Below are positions 31,001 through 41,000 of a stretch of DNA of 64,000 bases, one piece after another. Source of the DNA: an archaeon (GTDB lineage Archaea; B1Sed10-29; WALL01); assembly GCA_042584585.1 (NCBI GenBank), contig JBHOSQ010000002.1, positions 12,806 to 76,805 on the forward strand. Reading direction: 5' to 3'. A program made the translations under genes and the position numbers. Position 1 is the stretch's first letter, and every line of letters begins with the position of its first letter. The notes beneath the pieces were generated by a model that was not told the DNA's origin, ran no database searches, and worked only from the letters and a program-made list of their open reading frames with translations.

Positions 31001-31523
31001 GTCGGCGGGGGCGTGCTCGACGACGTACGGCGACTACACGCAGACAGTGGCGTATTCAGTAACAAGCCAGCAATGGATTTGCGCGGCCGCGAAGGACAAC
31101 GTGGGCAACACCGCGTACCAGGCGACTGCCACGGAATTCATGGTCGACAAGACCGCGCCCGGCGCGCCTGCATTGACAGTGGTGCAGTACACCAGCGCGA
31201 CGTGCCCAACGTTCCAGTGGGACGAGGCAGTCGACACCGGTGGCTCAGGAATAAAGGACTACGAGCTTGAGGTCGCGAGGGACAATAATACTTGGGTGAC
31301 AGACCCGGTGGGGCTTGACAACGACGGGTTCGACACCGGGTGGATTGCGCAGGCGACGTACTGCAATGGTGTCTCGTGCTCGTACACCCCAAGCACAACA
31401 CACGAGTGCTCAGCAGGCATGTACGGCGGGGGGACTGCTTGCTTATGCCAGGGCGCATGGTACTGGAGAGTGAGGGCAAGGGACGCGTCACAAAACGAGG
31501 GGCCTTGGGCAGAAGAAGAGTGA
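22017..31523 (+). CDS. Giant secreted surface protein, 3168 aa (propeller-like N-terminus, FN3/Ig repeats, 2 LamG, ConA/CBM-like and fibrinogen-like domains)
   Basis: Sec signal MKWLFVFVIALLLVTVTVEA; Asp-box STDAGQTW; LamG motifs LVGYWPFEEG...WQHVAV...FDGSIDELRVY; YCDMLTDGGGW; many YCY.V.A.D FN3 strands; no C-terminal TM. SD GGTGA upstream. Confidence 0.88.
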   Translation: MKWLFVFVIALLLVTVTVEALGTEITLKTSYASADSPGGGPGAKNVWRDRDGFYHIIFHDGTNDKLYYTYSTSTEPTSAAHFITPVIIFNSAERGSMWLDVSSGIIHLAYAEVDASPRLVYAKCDTDVGCTSGWTSVGTIYNGQTYGLASIVYQQYTDMVTHYITHFVYVKDTLRYRVYYRDYDTARISPYWGTEQIVDNLPSGTTQRYVHPSIDRDTSGRIHLVTRTWVDGGALSTRKCLYTASTDAGQTWKNLAGSVGYNDLLSSNYVEACSINVPSPAKSSSYQVPHVAIEGASSHTQWHTKGSALTGGTWSTPWSYYTSYANWGNLGSDINGNTFYSYSRRNGVVGYVYARQRNNAGAWQTQDTLHASGNSAHQVMEAHAPLCSRGDIGVLYGATGTSTLYFRTIDGAYSECNTPPTLSSVTVSTDPIQGGGEQTVTPSGQGDADSDPLKFVCCIGEGASCTPTTGNTVCNEGQTTYSSPYSSMTCTYDATAGATQSEAAYCRTYDGTEYHMEVGGANDAYDVDSDAPVTTDNGVADNCYGGDWSLTLSPTDAGAASVDWTKYCVDDVSNDCTPSTTGTSVPTDCGAGNACDVYVRYQSQDTVGNLESVKSSGNISIDRAPPNPSSITGIVPSAGQLAVTASQVTDVGCWGDNWYYFTCASGACNDRTWTLNDWTHTDVGLAPATEFCYTITVRDGATNTGSASSQVCGITPGNQPTSMSATASIAAPLNSERGNVDLSWSANSNPGGTIYSIERDQAWIANTTSTTYTDTAGSDNTEYCYRVRAAHPSGSYGSYSTEECAMTADRTSPATPSLTAAADNVLNQVNLSWDQGDDNLVGYWPFEEGSGSSTDDWSPAGGDGTLQGPDWISGQYGRALDFVLANTDYVDVPSGALLDLSAGTNSFTIVGWINPDLSQDVGPIISTRDVINGVVTKGYGFETNINTANGMKVNSLRLVLGTPAWKWNVWGSETNSLVPGSWQHVAVVVTGTNTASKTVQFYIDGVESNTYYWTASTETDVLLWGDNPLSNRIGGYYPATYPPYGVGYFDGSIDELRVYAGKAFTQEEIFNDMESGLITHGVHRGATSWEYGPADGLADNFSDGDYTNDPTWTVPVGTWAVSSEKLTQSFTGGGWTKITAGSSSWDDYVFSVKVKPTTITETYPNVGLMLRAQNSNTYYGIFHHQDDNTWRVYDYQDAAYIFTSSAMSLAMNEWHELKAKVVGDNLKFYVDGVLVADLTDSTMSTGYIGLLTLYTAAEFDDIKVTPLIADDEYGDSGAADTTAPNNGATPTIDQIAINSMRVNWGTSADNGNTWYHYITAFDDEGNEDNIFHDGGCEKGTNPCYFKAGSLVSSGYTVDSSVAYTGGYSVRQDTSSSTKYFGSDFIIGTDIEPNTDYIAECMVKTALSAGYARIYPEHQFTTLHFNSVSGTTDWTRIHTSFTSGASGDVRLLRYTMGTATGQTWWDDCTLHKLTETTVTTGVGSDDYYVYNTVGSGDGGTNSSWQATPYTDTSLSANTQYCYKVRARDNAGTPNVGDFGSQTCKWTLPEDPDAICTSGHVAGTWSSNNDPSFTIDGDANAYHYDWNGASSDTITTGDSTITSPHTFTDTADGTWYLHLISANPDGAVNPGGTQTFSVGGWKIDATAPTSVSTSGGTAGWQNTAASAGVSCSDATSGCDTSTYRVYNRGSAGACDTNYATYTQTVPYSVTSQQWICAAAKDNAGNVKYQGTATEFQVDMLDPTTSDNADTVTCHNIDQTVTLTPGDTGGSGLADTDYCVDTGNSCTPTTSGTSASVTCADGGYCQQYVRYFSTDTAGNTETVNSVGTIKIDKAPPSTPSITVITPGSQQIALTSSVVSDVGCEGGVQYYFDCVSGACNDRTWASGNTYTDTGLADNTYYCYKVKAKDANNKETVLSAQQCAWTTTPAPTLDSVTAEEDGLLVAQKDSLLIDWTGNGATSYDLERTTDTTTVYSGGNTDYTDLNLDDNSEYCYHVRGVDGGGTPGSWSSTVCGINADRTGPTSPVYNATGTQGNPATDCVHILEERGAVASGVYWIDPLQDGGGFEVYCDMLTDGGGWTLVDNDAVNAEVFLSREPIANTDPGITAGKYLQEWAWGPQPRLMVKSSVYNGDLNWVTLIPLTAFANEYPTVTTQPTSEPDAWAADKLNGNMWNDGGSWIYSGSGRFGSVWIGNGGAPTAACNYASTKVSGLGTYANGDVSTCSTWVRPRDPPVPANSVSFEWTQGDSNLVLYMPFEEGTGAATDDWSSSENDGTKIGTWTTGNTDTYTGGALNFGGSSEYVNIPYDASLAPDQLTVMAWFNADAFVNNQRIVSKTEGGGYQLSINEAACPGEVCMLVHTGSYHVVSYAHSNLNTGQWHHMTGTYDGSTAKLYIDGVEVDSNSNPSGNIVYNANNPLCVGAEATSNSCGGGYQFLGEVDEVRVYDTALTQREIIDAMQSGVIGHGVLRADNNAGGATYTPVGGLISATSGTLAPEDYVQDFWLEFDSMEDVSGGEAWEVQFKDGGAFEYIVDRTSLTNVRLQNTACGGTQQSFTAPIGQGVWENIDIIKHGADIMIYQDNVFVGETTLQSCNDPFDTITISGEGMKNIRLVPFNYDNEITDTVAKDETGPNTPSAPTVTAVSTSSLSVDWTEVTDNGDDWFHVVTAWDDNGNDDNILNNWPSIKEYYGLAGYPFWSDATLRSSGRVEPGERIMIQFYEKLHPLSAADSDWVSCYIYETGPWANSCSDSSAATTWDWGQCNRIVGTGGTDYVVGCYHGPNNEHTADGAYVRDLRLRKVHEETVITNTKDYYVAGTSLNAWYTSGAQAAGSLSSNTQYCYTVKARDNGLNEGTASGSGCKYTLPVDPTFSVSHTASQWSADDTVEFTVSNSDGATYYYVWDQNPGTNPTGGTTWDGTLLTKTATADGNNWYLHVVAENPDNAQNPNGAEHLGPYFIDTTGPSSVSTTGAPAGWQNTDASASVSCSDASSLCDSATYRVYNRGSAGACSTTYGDYTQTVAYSVTSQQWICAAAKDNVGNTAYQATATEFMVDKTAPGAPALTVVQYTSATCPTFQWDEAVDTGGSGIKDYELEVARDNNTWVTDPVGLDNDGFDTGWIAQATYCNGVSCSYTPSTTHECSAGMYGGGTACLCQGAWYWRVRARDASQNEGPWAEEE
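26985..27225 (+). repeat. Intragenic ~80-codon duplication, copy 1 (copy 2 at about 30909-31150)
   Basis: GWQNT.ASA.VSCSDA.S.CD..TYRVYNRGSAGAC...YTQTV.YSVTSQQWICAAAKDN.GN..YQ.TATEF.VD occurs twice in the 3168-aa protein. Confidence 0.85.
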
Positions 31524-31527
31524 TACA

Positions 31528-32088
31528 ATGGCTAAGAAGAAAAAGATCAAGGTCGACCCCAAAGTTTGGTGGGTGGTCGGAGGAATAATAGTGGTTGCAG
31601 TCATAGCAGCGGCATTCCTCATGGCCAGCGACCAGGGAATAATCAAGCCAATCACGATTCCGGGGCTGCCCGCGGGCCCGGAGCAGCCAATAAAGCTGTG
31701 CGACTACAACGGCGTCTGTGACGGCGTGGAGACGCGCGAGTCGTGCCCCGAGGACTGCATCGAGCCGCAAGCGCTTTCAGTGGAACGGGACGAAGAGTCC
31801 CCTGTGACTGACTCGACGCCAACAGTCGAGATACTCATGGAAAGCGGGACCGGCGTCGCGTCTTGTGGGACGGGCACAAACGACGCCACGCAGTGGGAAT
31901 GCGTTGTGGAGGAGCCGGGCGCAATCAGCACAATGGTGCGGTGCACGCTACTGAATTATCATTTTGACGGCAAGTACATGCTTGCCTTGCGGTGCAAGGA
32001 CAACAACGGCGCTGACTTGCCCATGCAGCTCATTGACGACACAACGGTTTGTGCGGACCCCGTAACCGGATGCGGGAGGTGGCTCTAA
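31528..32088 (+). CDS. Small N-terminally anchored Cys-rich membrane protein
   Basis: Basic N-terminus, one TM (VWWVVGGIIVVAVIAAAFLM), CDYNGVCDGVETRESCPEDC motif, Ig-like remainder. Confidence 0.75.
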   Translation: MAKKKKIKVDPKVWWVVGGIIVVAVIAAAFLMASDQGIIKPITIPGLPAGPEQPIKLCDYNGVCDGVETRESCPEDCIEPQALSVERDEESPVTDSTPTVEILMESGTGVASCGTGTNDATQWECVVEEPGAISTMVRCTLLNYHFDGKYMLALRCKDNNGADLPMQLIDDTTVCADPVTGCGRWL

Positions 32089-35000
32089 ATGAAGTACGCC
32101 GCATTGTTCGCGCTGCTTTTGATGGTCAGCACAGCCTTTGGCTTATTGATAGTTGACTGGAGCCCGCCGGACGGGACCATAACGCTGTACGACACATGGA
32201 ACCAAGATGTTAGCTACGGCAGGGGATGCAACAGCCCAATTTGTGATAACTACCCCCCGGGCGTGGACGGGCAGGTCACCGTGAACTTCACGAACGTGAC
32301 TGATGCATACGAAGGGCAAGCAGTCGCCGTGGCCGGACTGGAGAATTGTTGGATAACCGACTGTGAATTGCTGGACAAGACCGGCTGCCCGGCGTGCCCG
32401 TACGTGAGCTGCGAGGCGTATAGCCCGGACAACGCATTCTTTAACTACGGCGACCCCGTGGACGGGTCAAGCGTCGACTGGACCACCATTGAGGGCACCG
32501 GCGACCAATACGACACCCACTTGGCACACGAGCTTTGGACCGAGGGGCCCGGCACCGACTGGTCGCCATCATGGCCCACACTCCTCCCGCAACCGAACGA
32601 AGGCGTTAGGACGATTAAAGCAATTTGCGCAGACAAGGCGGGCAACATTGCCATCCAAATGCAAGACGACATTTATGGTGACTTTGTGGACCCATACGCC
32701 ACGATTAGTTACAGCGGCGGATACCAATCAAGCACCAGCATAAGCATCACACAGACTGCCTCGGACCAAGGCAGGAGCCCACCACCGGACCCAATAACAC
32801 ATGACACGCAACGGGACCGCGCCGTGATGGCGGACGGAGTGCTGGGAGCGTGGGAAGGCTGGTCCACCATTGACACCAGCGGCACGAACTTCAATTGGGA
32901 CGGGCCGGACTGCTACGGAGTCAAGCTCAGGTACCGCAGCCACGACGTTGCGGACAGGTATAGTGATTGGGAAGACCCAAGTATTACAGTATATATAGAT
33001 ACTAACACCCCTGGTGCAGTTGGGTCGCTCACCTCGACCTCGCACCCCCTTGGCACCACTGCGTACGCGAACCAGACCGCGACATTCACGTGGAGCGACC
33101 CGCAGCCGTGCAGCGGGACGCAGTACTACGCGACCGCGGTGACGCAGAGCTCGTCGCACTCGTGGACTGGGACCGAGCCGACGTCGGCCGGCACGAGCAA
33201 CGTGACGACCGGGTTGGCCGAAGGGACTTGGTACTTCCACATCCGGTCGCGGAACAACGCTGGCACGTGGGGGACCGCGGACTCGTTCATGATTAACGTT
33301 GACTTGGGGGCGCCGACGCCGAACCCCGCGACGGTTGCGAGTGTGGTCGTGGACTCGGACACACAGGTGACTGTCACCGCGACCACGGCGACTGATGCGT
33401 TCGCCCCGATTTATTACCGCGCGAACGAGACGACTGGAAACAGCGGCGGCACGAACTTCACGTGGCAGACAGGCACGTCGTTTGTTGACGGCGGGCTCGC
33501 AATAAGCACGCAGTACTGTTACATTGTCCAGTACAAGGACAAGTGGGACAACGAGGGCGCGTGGACCACGACACCAGTGTGTGACTACAGCAATGCAGCG
33601 GTGCCCGGGGCGCCGACAGTGACTCTCTTGCCAGAGAGCAGCCCATTGAACAGCGGGCTCACGATGGCGAACATCGTTATCGACGAGAACGGGAACCCGG
33701 CCACAGTGCTCTACAACATAAAAGACGTGGCCACCGGACTCCACGTACAGGCGGACGGAACGCTTGGAGCCAGCGCAGCATGGATGAGTTATGTAAACTG
33801 GGGCGGCTCGAGCGGGATTGACGTAACGCTCGAGGACGATTTTGTGTACTCATTCGCTGTAAAGGCGAATGGGGGCGGAGGGGACTTCAGTGCTTACGGA
33901 CCGGCGATTACTGTGACAGCATTGGACAGAACCGGACCGTCGCCAGTGGACTTGACCGCGACAGCGGACATCGCAAACAACCGTGTCAACTTGACGTGGC
34001 CGTGGGCAAGCGATGAGATAGCACCGGATATTGACTCCGGATTGGTTGGGCACTGGGAGCTGGAGGACAACACGCTTGACAGCTCAGGCAACGGGCACGA
34101 TGGAACCAACCCACTGGGCATTTCATGGGTGGACGGGATACAGGGACAGGCGGGCCACTTCGTAAACGGCCGGACGGCGACGGACATAACCACTAACTAC
34201 TTGCCCTTGACGGTGAGTTTTTGGGTCAAGGAAGACGCAAACACATGGGAGTCCTCCGCCGCAATCGGAAAGCGCGACGGGTCTAGCGGGTGGATGTTTT
34301 ACCGCAATCCCACGTGGGGAGACGGCAACCTTGGGCTCTTGACCTATTACGTAAACACTGACCCCATCACCACAAGCTACATCAACTACGTTTATGGGCT
34401 CAACGACGGCAATTGGCACCACATCGCGTTCACCATTGAGAACGGCGTGACGACGACTTACAAGGATGGCGTGCTGAACGAGCGGTACGTCATGCCTAAC
34501 TTCGACTACTGGCTCAACAACTCCCAGGGCATAAGTCTTGGCTCCGAAAAGGCGGGTAGTGCGAGCTGGAACTTCGACGGGTACTTGGACGACATGCGCG
34601 TGTACGACCGCTTGCTCACGGAAGACGAAATAAAGGCTTTGACACTCGTGGGGCAGTGGCACTTCGATGAAGGCACTGGCACGGACGCGTTCGACGCGAG
34701 TGGGTTCGGAAACGATGGGACGATAACTGGAGCCACGTGGGCTGACGGCGTGCACGGCAGCGCGCTTGACTTTGACGGGGCTGGCGACTACATCGACGCT
34801 GGCACCGGGAACGGCTTTAAGATGGAGGACGGCGCCTTCACGTTTGAGGCAATGGTCAAAAGCGATGGGGGGATTGAAGCTTCTCCAGTCATTATGCAAA
34901 GAATGTATAACGGAGACTGCGGCGGCTCATCCAATAGCGATGCCATGCGGCTTGGGACCACCCACACAGCCGGCTCTGGCAACCCCGAGTACCCACTGTT

Positions 35001-38000
35001 CTGGGTCAGGGACAAAAACGGCAACTCGGCGACCGCCACCTCAACCGTCGACATAAACGACGGCAAGTGGCACCACGTGGCAGGCGTGAGGACTTCTTCA
35101 ACAATATACATTTACGTTGATGGAGTTGAGACAGGCACTGCCTCCGCAAGCAGCATCGGGGAGATCTGCCCAACAAACCCGTTTGTAATCGGCAGGCACA
35201 GCAGCTCAGCCCAGCGCTTCAACGGAAAAATTGATGAGGCACGCGTGTGGCGCAGGGCGTTGACAGCGTCGGAGCTGCAGTCGCGCGCTTGGTACATGCC
35301 GTTCAGGTCTGCGATGCTTGAAGCGAACTATGATGCAATCAAGGGCGCGGCCGACGACTTCAGTGACGGGGATTACACGAGCAATCCTGTGTGGACGCCG
35401 GGCATCGGTGGGAGCACATGGGGCGTCGAGAATGGGCAAGTGTTTACACAAAGCACGACCGCCTCTGAAAGCTCGCTCACGCTCACAGAAAACATCGCGG
35501 CGGGCGAGCCGTTCGTGATGACCGTGGACAAGGTCACTGACTGGGCTGAAACCGGAATCCATGGCGGAGGACATTACATACGGCAATACACCGCAGGCAA
35601 TTACCAAGTCTCGGGAGTGACCATACCCCACGCCTATGCCCAGCACTGGCGGCTAGAGTTCGACGGCACGACGTACAGGTTCTACTTGAACGACGAATTA
35701 ATCCGCGAGTGGGCAGGCAGCAGTAACGGAATATTCGACCTTTATGACGACAGGAACGCTGCGAGTGGCAAAGTGTACTACGACAACGTCAAGGTTTATT
35801 CGCTGCAGGGCAACAGCTACGAGGACACTGACGCAAGCGACACCGAAGCGCCCGACACGCCAGGCGCGCCGACGCTCACCGCGTACAGCACTTCCATACT
35901 AGGAGTCGCGTGGACAGGTGTGAGTGACACCGGCAACGACTGGTTCCACTTTGTCAAGGCGTTTGACACAACTGGGAACGAAGACAATTACCACCCGAGC
36001 AACGGGCTGGTCAGCTACTGGCCGCTCGGCGACGGGAGCACGGGCAGCGCAGACGGCGCGGTGACGCTGAACCGCGAGAGCACGGACCACGGAACTGTGT
36101 ACGGCGCGACGTGGGTCGATGGCGAGTACGGTAGTGCATTGGACTTCGACGGCGCCGACGACTACGTCACCATCGCCAACACGCACGCATTCGCGAACGA
36201 CGACTTTAGTTATACCTTGTGGTTCAAGGCGGACACGCCGCAGGACAACTGGCAGGGCATTATGCTCCAGAACAACTACCACACCGGCGCGCCGAACACG
36301 TTCTTCGTAGCCGCAATCAGGGGCACGAACGACCCGCCGAACCAGGACAAGGTGCAGGTGTACGACAGGTACAACGGCATCAACGTCGCCGACTACTCGG
36401 ACGGGCTTTACACCGACGGCGAGTGGCACCACTTGGCGGTCACTTATGACCGTGACGGCATGAGGCGGTTCTACATAGACGGCGCGTTCCAAAAAGAGAC
36501 AGACATAAGCCCGCACATCGCCATCGCGTTCCAGACCGCGCCGCTGCAATTGGGGCGGGACCTCACTGGCGCACAAGGCGGAACCACCGGTGGAGTATAC
36601 GCGTACGATGGCTCGCTCGACGAGATATTGATGTACAGCCGCGTCTTAACACCTGAAGAAGTCGCGGGCATCTACCACCGCGGCTTGATACAGCAAAGCA
36701 CGGTCACGACCGGGATTAATGACTACTACGTGAACGGCACCTCACTGGACCAGTGGTACACCACATCACCGCAGAACGCGACCAGCCTCGGTACGAACAC
36801 GCGGCACTGCTACAACATAACGGCGAGGGACAACGCGCTTAACGTCGGCAACGTGGGCGGCACGCAGTGCAACTACACGCTCGCGGTCAAGCCAAGCATC
36901 CTGGCTGGGTCCATGGTCTGCGACGGCAACACCAGCAGCGGGTACAAGTGTGACGTTCCCTTCAGTATGGGCGACAACCCGCTTTATACAGAGTATTATA
37001 TAACCGCGACGAGCACCGACGGCGGAACAGGATTCACGGACTCTGGGTGGATTACGGTAAGGGAGACCTATGTTGATACGGGCCTCGACCCGCACAAGAC
37101 GTACTGCTACAAAATCAACGCGAGAAACGGCGACGGAACACTCACCGGCCAGTACACCCAGGTGTGCAAGACCGTAGCCAACAACGTGCCAACGCTGGGG
37201 AGCGCGACCGGCAACACGGATCCAATCAAGGGTACGGCCCAGCAGACGCTTACAATCGGCGGGGTTGACGACCTGGACCAGGAATTGCTATACATCCACT
37301 GCTGTACGGACGAGGCCAACACGTGCACGCCAACTAACATCAACGACGTGTGCAGCAGCAACGATGCCCATCCATACTCGTCGCTGTCTTGCTCGTATGC
37401 CACTGGTGGCGTGACGACTCGGACCGAATACGTGCGGTGCGTCACAAACGACACTCATGACGTTTCCACGCCGGTGACGAGCGACTCTTACCTCGTTGAC
37501 TCGGTTGCGCCGACGACGACGGACAACCACAGCGCTGGCAGCTGCAACGCCGTCGACCAAGTCGTGAGCCTTTCTGCTGGCGACGATGTTGGAGGAGTCG
37601 GCGTGGACTCGACGCTGTACTGCGTGGACACGGCAAACACTTGCAACCCTGTGACAAGCTATTCGGCTCCGGTGACAGTGACTTGCTCGGCAGGCACCGC
37701 GTGCACCAAGTACTTGAGGTACAACTCAAGTGACGTGGTGGACAACCAGGAAACGGTCAACAGCGCTGCCGTCCAAATCGACAAGTCCAATCCAGACGAC
37801 GGCGTGATAGCGAACATTGTGTCGCTCGGCACGGACAGCCTTAGGGTCACGGCCACCGCGGGCACAGACGACGGGTGCGGAAACTCGAGCCTGCAGTACT
37901 ACTTCACCTGCCAATCCGGCGCGTGCAACGATGGCACGTGGCAAAGCGGATTGGTTTATGACGACAGTGGGCTGTCGCCGGCGACTGAGTATTGTTACAG

Positions 38001-41000
38001 TGTCAAGGTCCGGGACGACGCCGGCAACGAAGGCGCGGACTCCGCGGACACGTGTGCGTACACCGACGCGAGCGTGCCGACGATGGACTCCATCACGGCA
38101 GAGGGCACGCCGCTTAACTCTGGAATCGGGCGAGTGGAAGTCAACTGGAGTGGCAACCCAGCCGGAACTGACTACGAAGTGCAGCGCGACAAGTTCTTGA
38201 CGAGGTACAGCGGAACAAACACGGCTTATACTGACACTGGACTGGACAACACATGGTACTGCTACCGCGTGCGGGCCCAGCCGTCGGGAGGCTCGTGGAG
38301 CGGCTGGAGCAACGAATTGTGCACGGTTACTTTGGACAGGACTGGGCCGTCGCCGCCGAACTTGACTGCGACGCCGGACAACGTGAACAACCGCGTTGAC
38401 TTGGACTGGACGTGGGCGAACGACGAAATCGCGCCGGACATTGACAGCGGAATGGTCGGGCACTGGAGGTTCGAGGAGGGCAGCGGCATAGCGACATATG
38501 ACTCATCAGGAAGCAACATCGATGGGACTATAGTCGGCACCCCACAATGGGTTACAGGCCTAGCAGGCAACGCAGTCCAGCTGGACAACAGCTACATCAA
38601 TCTCGGGGACGCTCCAACACTAGACATAGCTACTGAACTCACTTTATCCATGTGGGTGAAGCCAGATGCGTTTGTTGTGGACAAGTTCCTGTTCGGCGGC
38701 TCATGGAGTTACCACGGCTATTCCCTGCGCTTCGATGATGCCGATAACTCGCAGCTGGAATGGTATGTTGGTGACGGAAGCGCGTATCATTTCTTCACCT
38801 ACCCCCACGGCATGGTAACAGGAAAGTGGTACAATATCGTATGCACTTATGACGGAACCGAAGGCAAGGTGTTCGTGAACGGGAACCTGATTGGCTCAAG
38901 AATCGAGCCGTTCATACCGGACGGCGCGTACATACAGGACCACGTGATTGGCACGGACGGAAGCAAGGCAAAACACTTCACTGGAACCATGGACGACGTT
39001 CGCGTGTACAACCGCGCGCTCACCGACGAAGAGGTGAAGTGGCTGACTCTCGTCGGCCAATGGCACTTCGATGAAGGCACTGGCACGGACGCGTTCGACG
39101 CGACTGGGTTCGGAAACGACGGATCGTTTGTTGGTGACCCCGCGTGGACTGATGGCGTGCACAACACGGCGCTTGAGTTCGACGGAAGCAACTACGTCAG
39201 CGCTGGAAGCAGCGAAGCCTTGAACCCGAGACAGCAGGGGTGGACCGCAGAAATGATGGTCAAGTCAACCCAGAAGAGCGGGGGCAACGGCGGCTACATA
39301 CGTGTCATGGGAAGGTACGAAGCAGGAGACTACTGGCTGCTCAGGACCCACACGAGCAGTGGTGACTACCCTGTGTTCCAGATAACTGATGGGAGTAACT
39401 CTGCCGGTGTCGCGGGCACTACAACCGTCACCGACGGCGTGTGGCACCACCTAGCGTTTGTGTATGACTACGACGACTCAAGGACATACATCTACATAGA
39501 CGGAGTTGAAGACGCGGCCAACGATTGGACTGGAACCTCAATGGGGGACATCAACCCAAGCACTGCCCTCCAAATTGGTCAATCACAAGCAGCCAATGAA
39601 GGATACAGCGGCAAAATCGACGAAGTCCGCGTGTGGAGAAGGGCATTGACCGCGGCAGAGATACAGGCACGGGCGAAGTACGGGCTGTATCGGGCTGCGG
39701 CGCTTGACGGGGCATACGAGCCAGTTGACGGGCTGTGGGATGACTTCGATGGCGCGGCTGTGGACACGGCTACGTGGACCGAACTAACTACCAACGACGC
39801 ATCCATAACAGTGTCCAACAGCGAAGTAACACTCGACGACAATACGGGGATAGCCCACCTAACCACACAAGAAAACTTTGGGGTGTATGGAACACTTGAG
39901 TTCGACCTCAAGGCAAACACTCCCGAGCCGGGGTCCACTTGGTACAGAATAGCCAAAGTCCCAAACACGTTCTATGTCGACGCCGGCAACATTTTCTCTA
40001 TATGGATGACCGGTGGAGTTCAGCTTGGCATAGTAAACGACTACGAATTCCATAACTGGAAGTTCACTTTGGACGGGACGCACATACGGGTTGTCTACGA
40101 CGGCAACGTGATATACACGGCGGACCAGGCCAGCAGCCTGGGGACCATCCGCTTGGGCAACGACTTCAGTACCGAACACGGGAACATGGTGTTCAAAAAC
40201 GTTAAGTTCACGCCGCTGATTAGCACGAACACATACCAAGACACTGGCGCGAGCGACACGGCAGGGCCGAACACTCCTGCAGCGCCGACTGTATTGCCCA
40301 TCAACAGCACCGCAATGCAGGCCTCGTGGAGTGGAGTGGGAGACGTCGGCACCGGGTGGTGGCACTACGTCAAGGCGTTTGACTCGGAAGGCAACGAAGA
40401 CAATTATCACGACAGCAGCGAGCTCATTGGCTACTGGCCGTTCAGTGAAGGCAGCACGGGAAGCGCGGACGGAGTGACGACGTATGACTCCGTTGGCACC
40501 AACGAGGGCACGGTAAGCGGTGCGGCGTGGGCAACAGGCGCTTACGGCACAGCACTTGATTTCACTGGCGGAAACACAGACAAAGTAGCACTGGCCACTC
40601 CCCTCACCCAAACAGTGTGGAGCACGACCTTCTGGGCGCGGCAAGACGCCGGGGCAGACATCAAGGGAATGATAATGGGCGACACCAGCAACACAATCAG
40701 CTTCATATGGTTCTGGGAAGGCAGCTACTTCAGGTTCAGGTCCAACAGTGGCACTCTCGACTGGCCAGAGCTGACCGACTTCACGACGATGGCCCATTAT
40801 GCACTCGTGAGCGACGGCGTTAGTGTAACGCTGTACAAGAACGGCGTGCAAGTCGGCAGCCCCCAGACGCCGGCATCAACAGAATTCACGGTAAATGCGA
40901 TTGGACAGGGGTACAACAACATTGACTATTCGTTTGACGGCGTGATTGACGAAGTGATGGTATACGACCGCGTGCTCACCGACGATGAAGTGGTAAGCAA

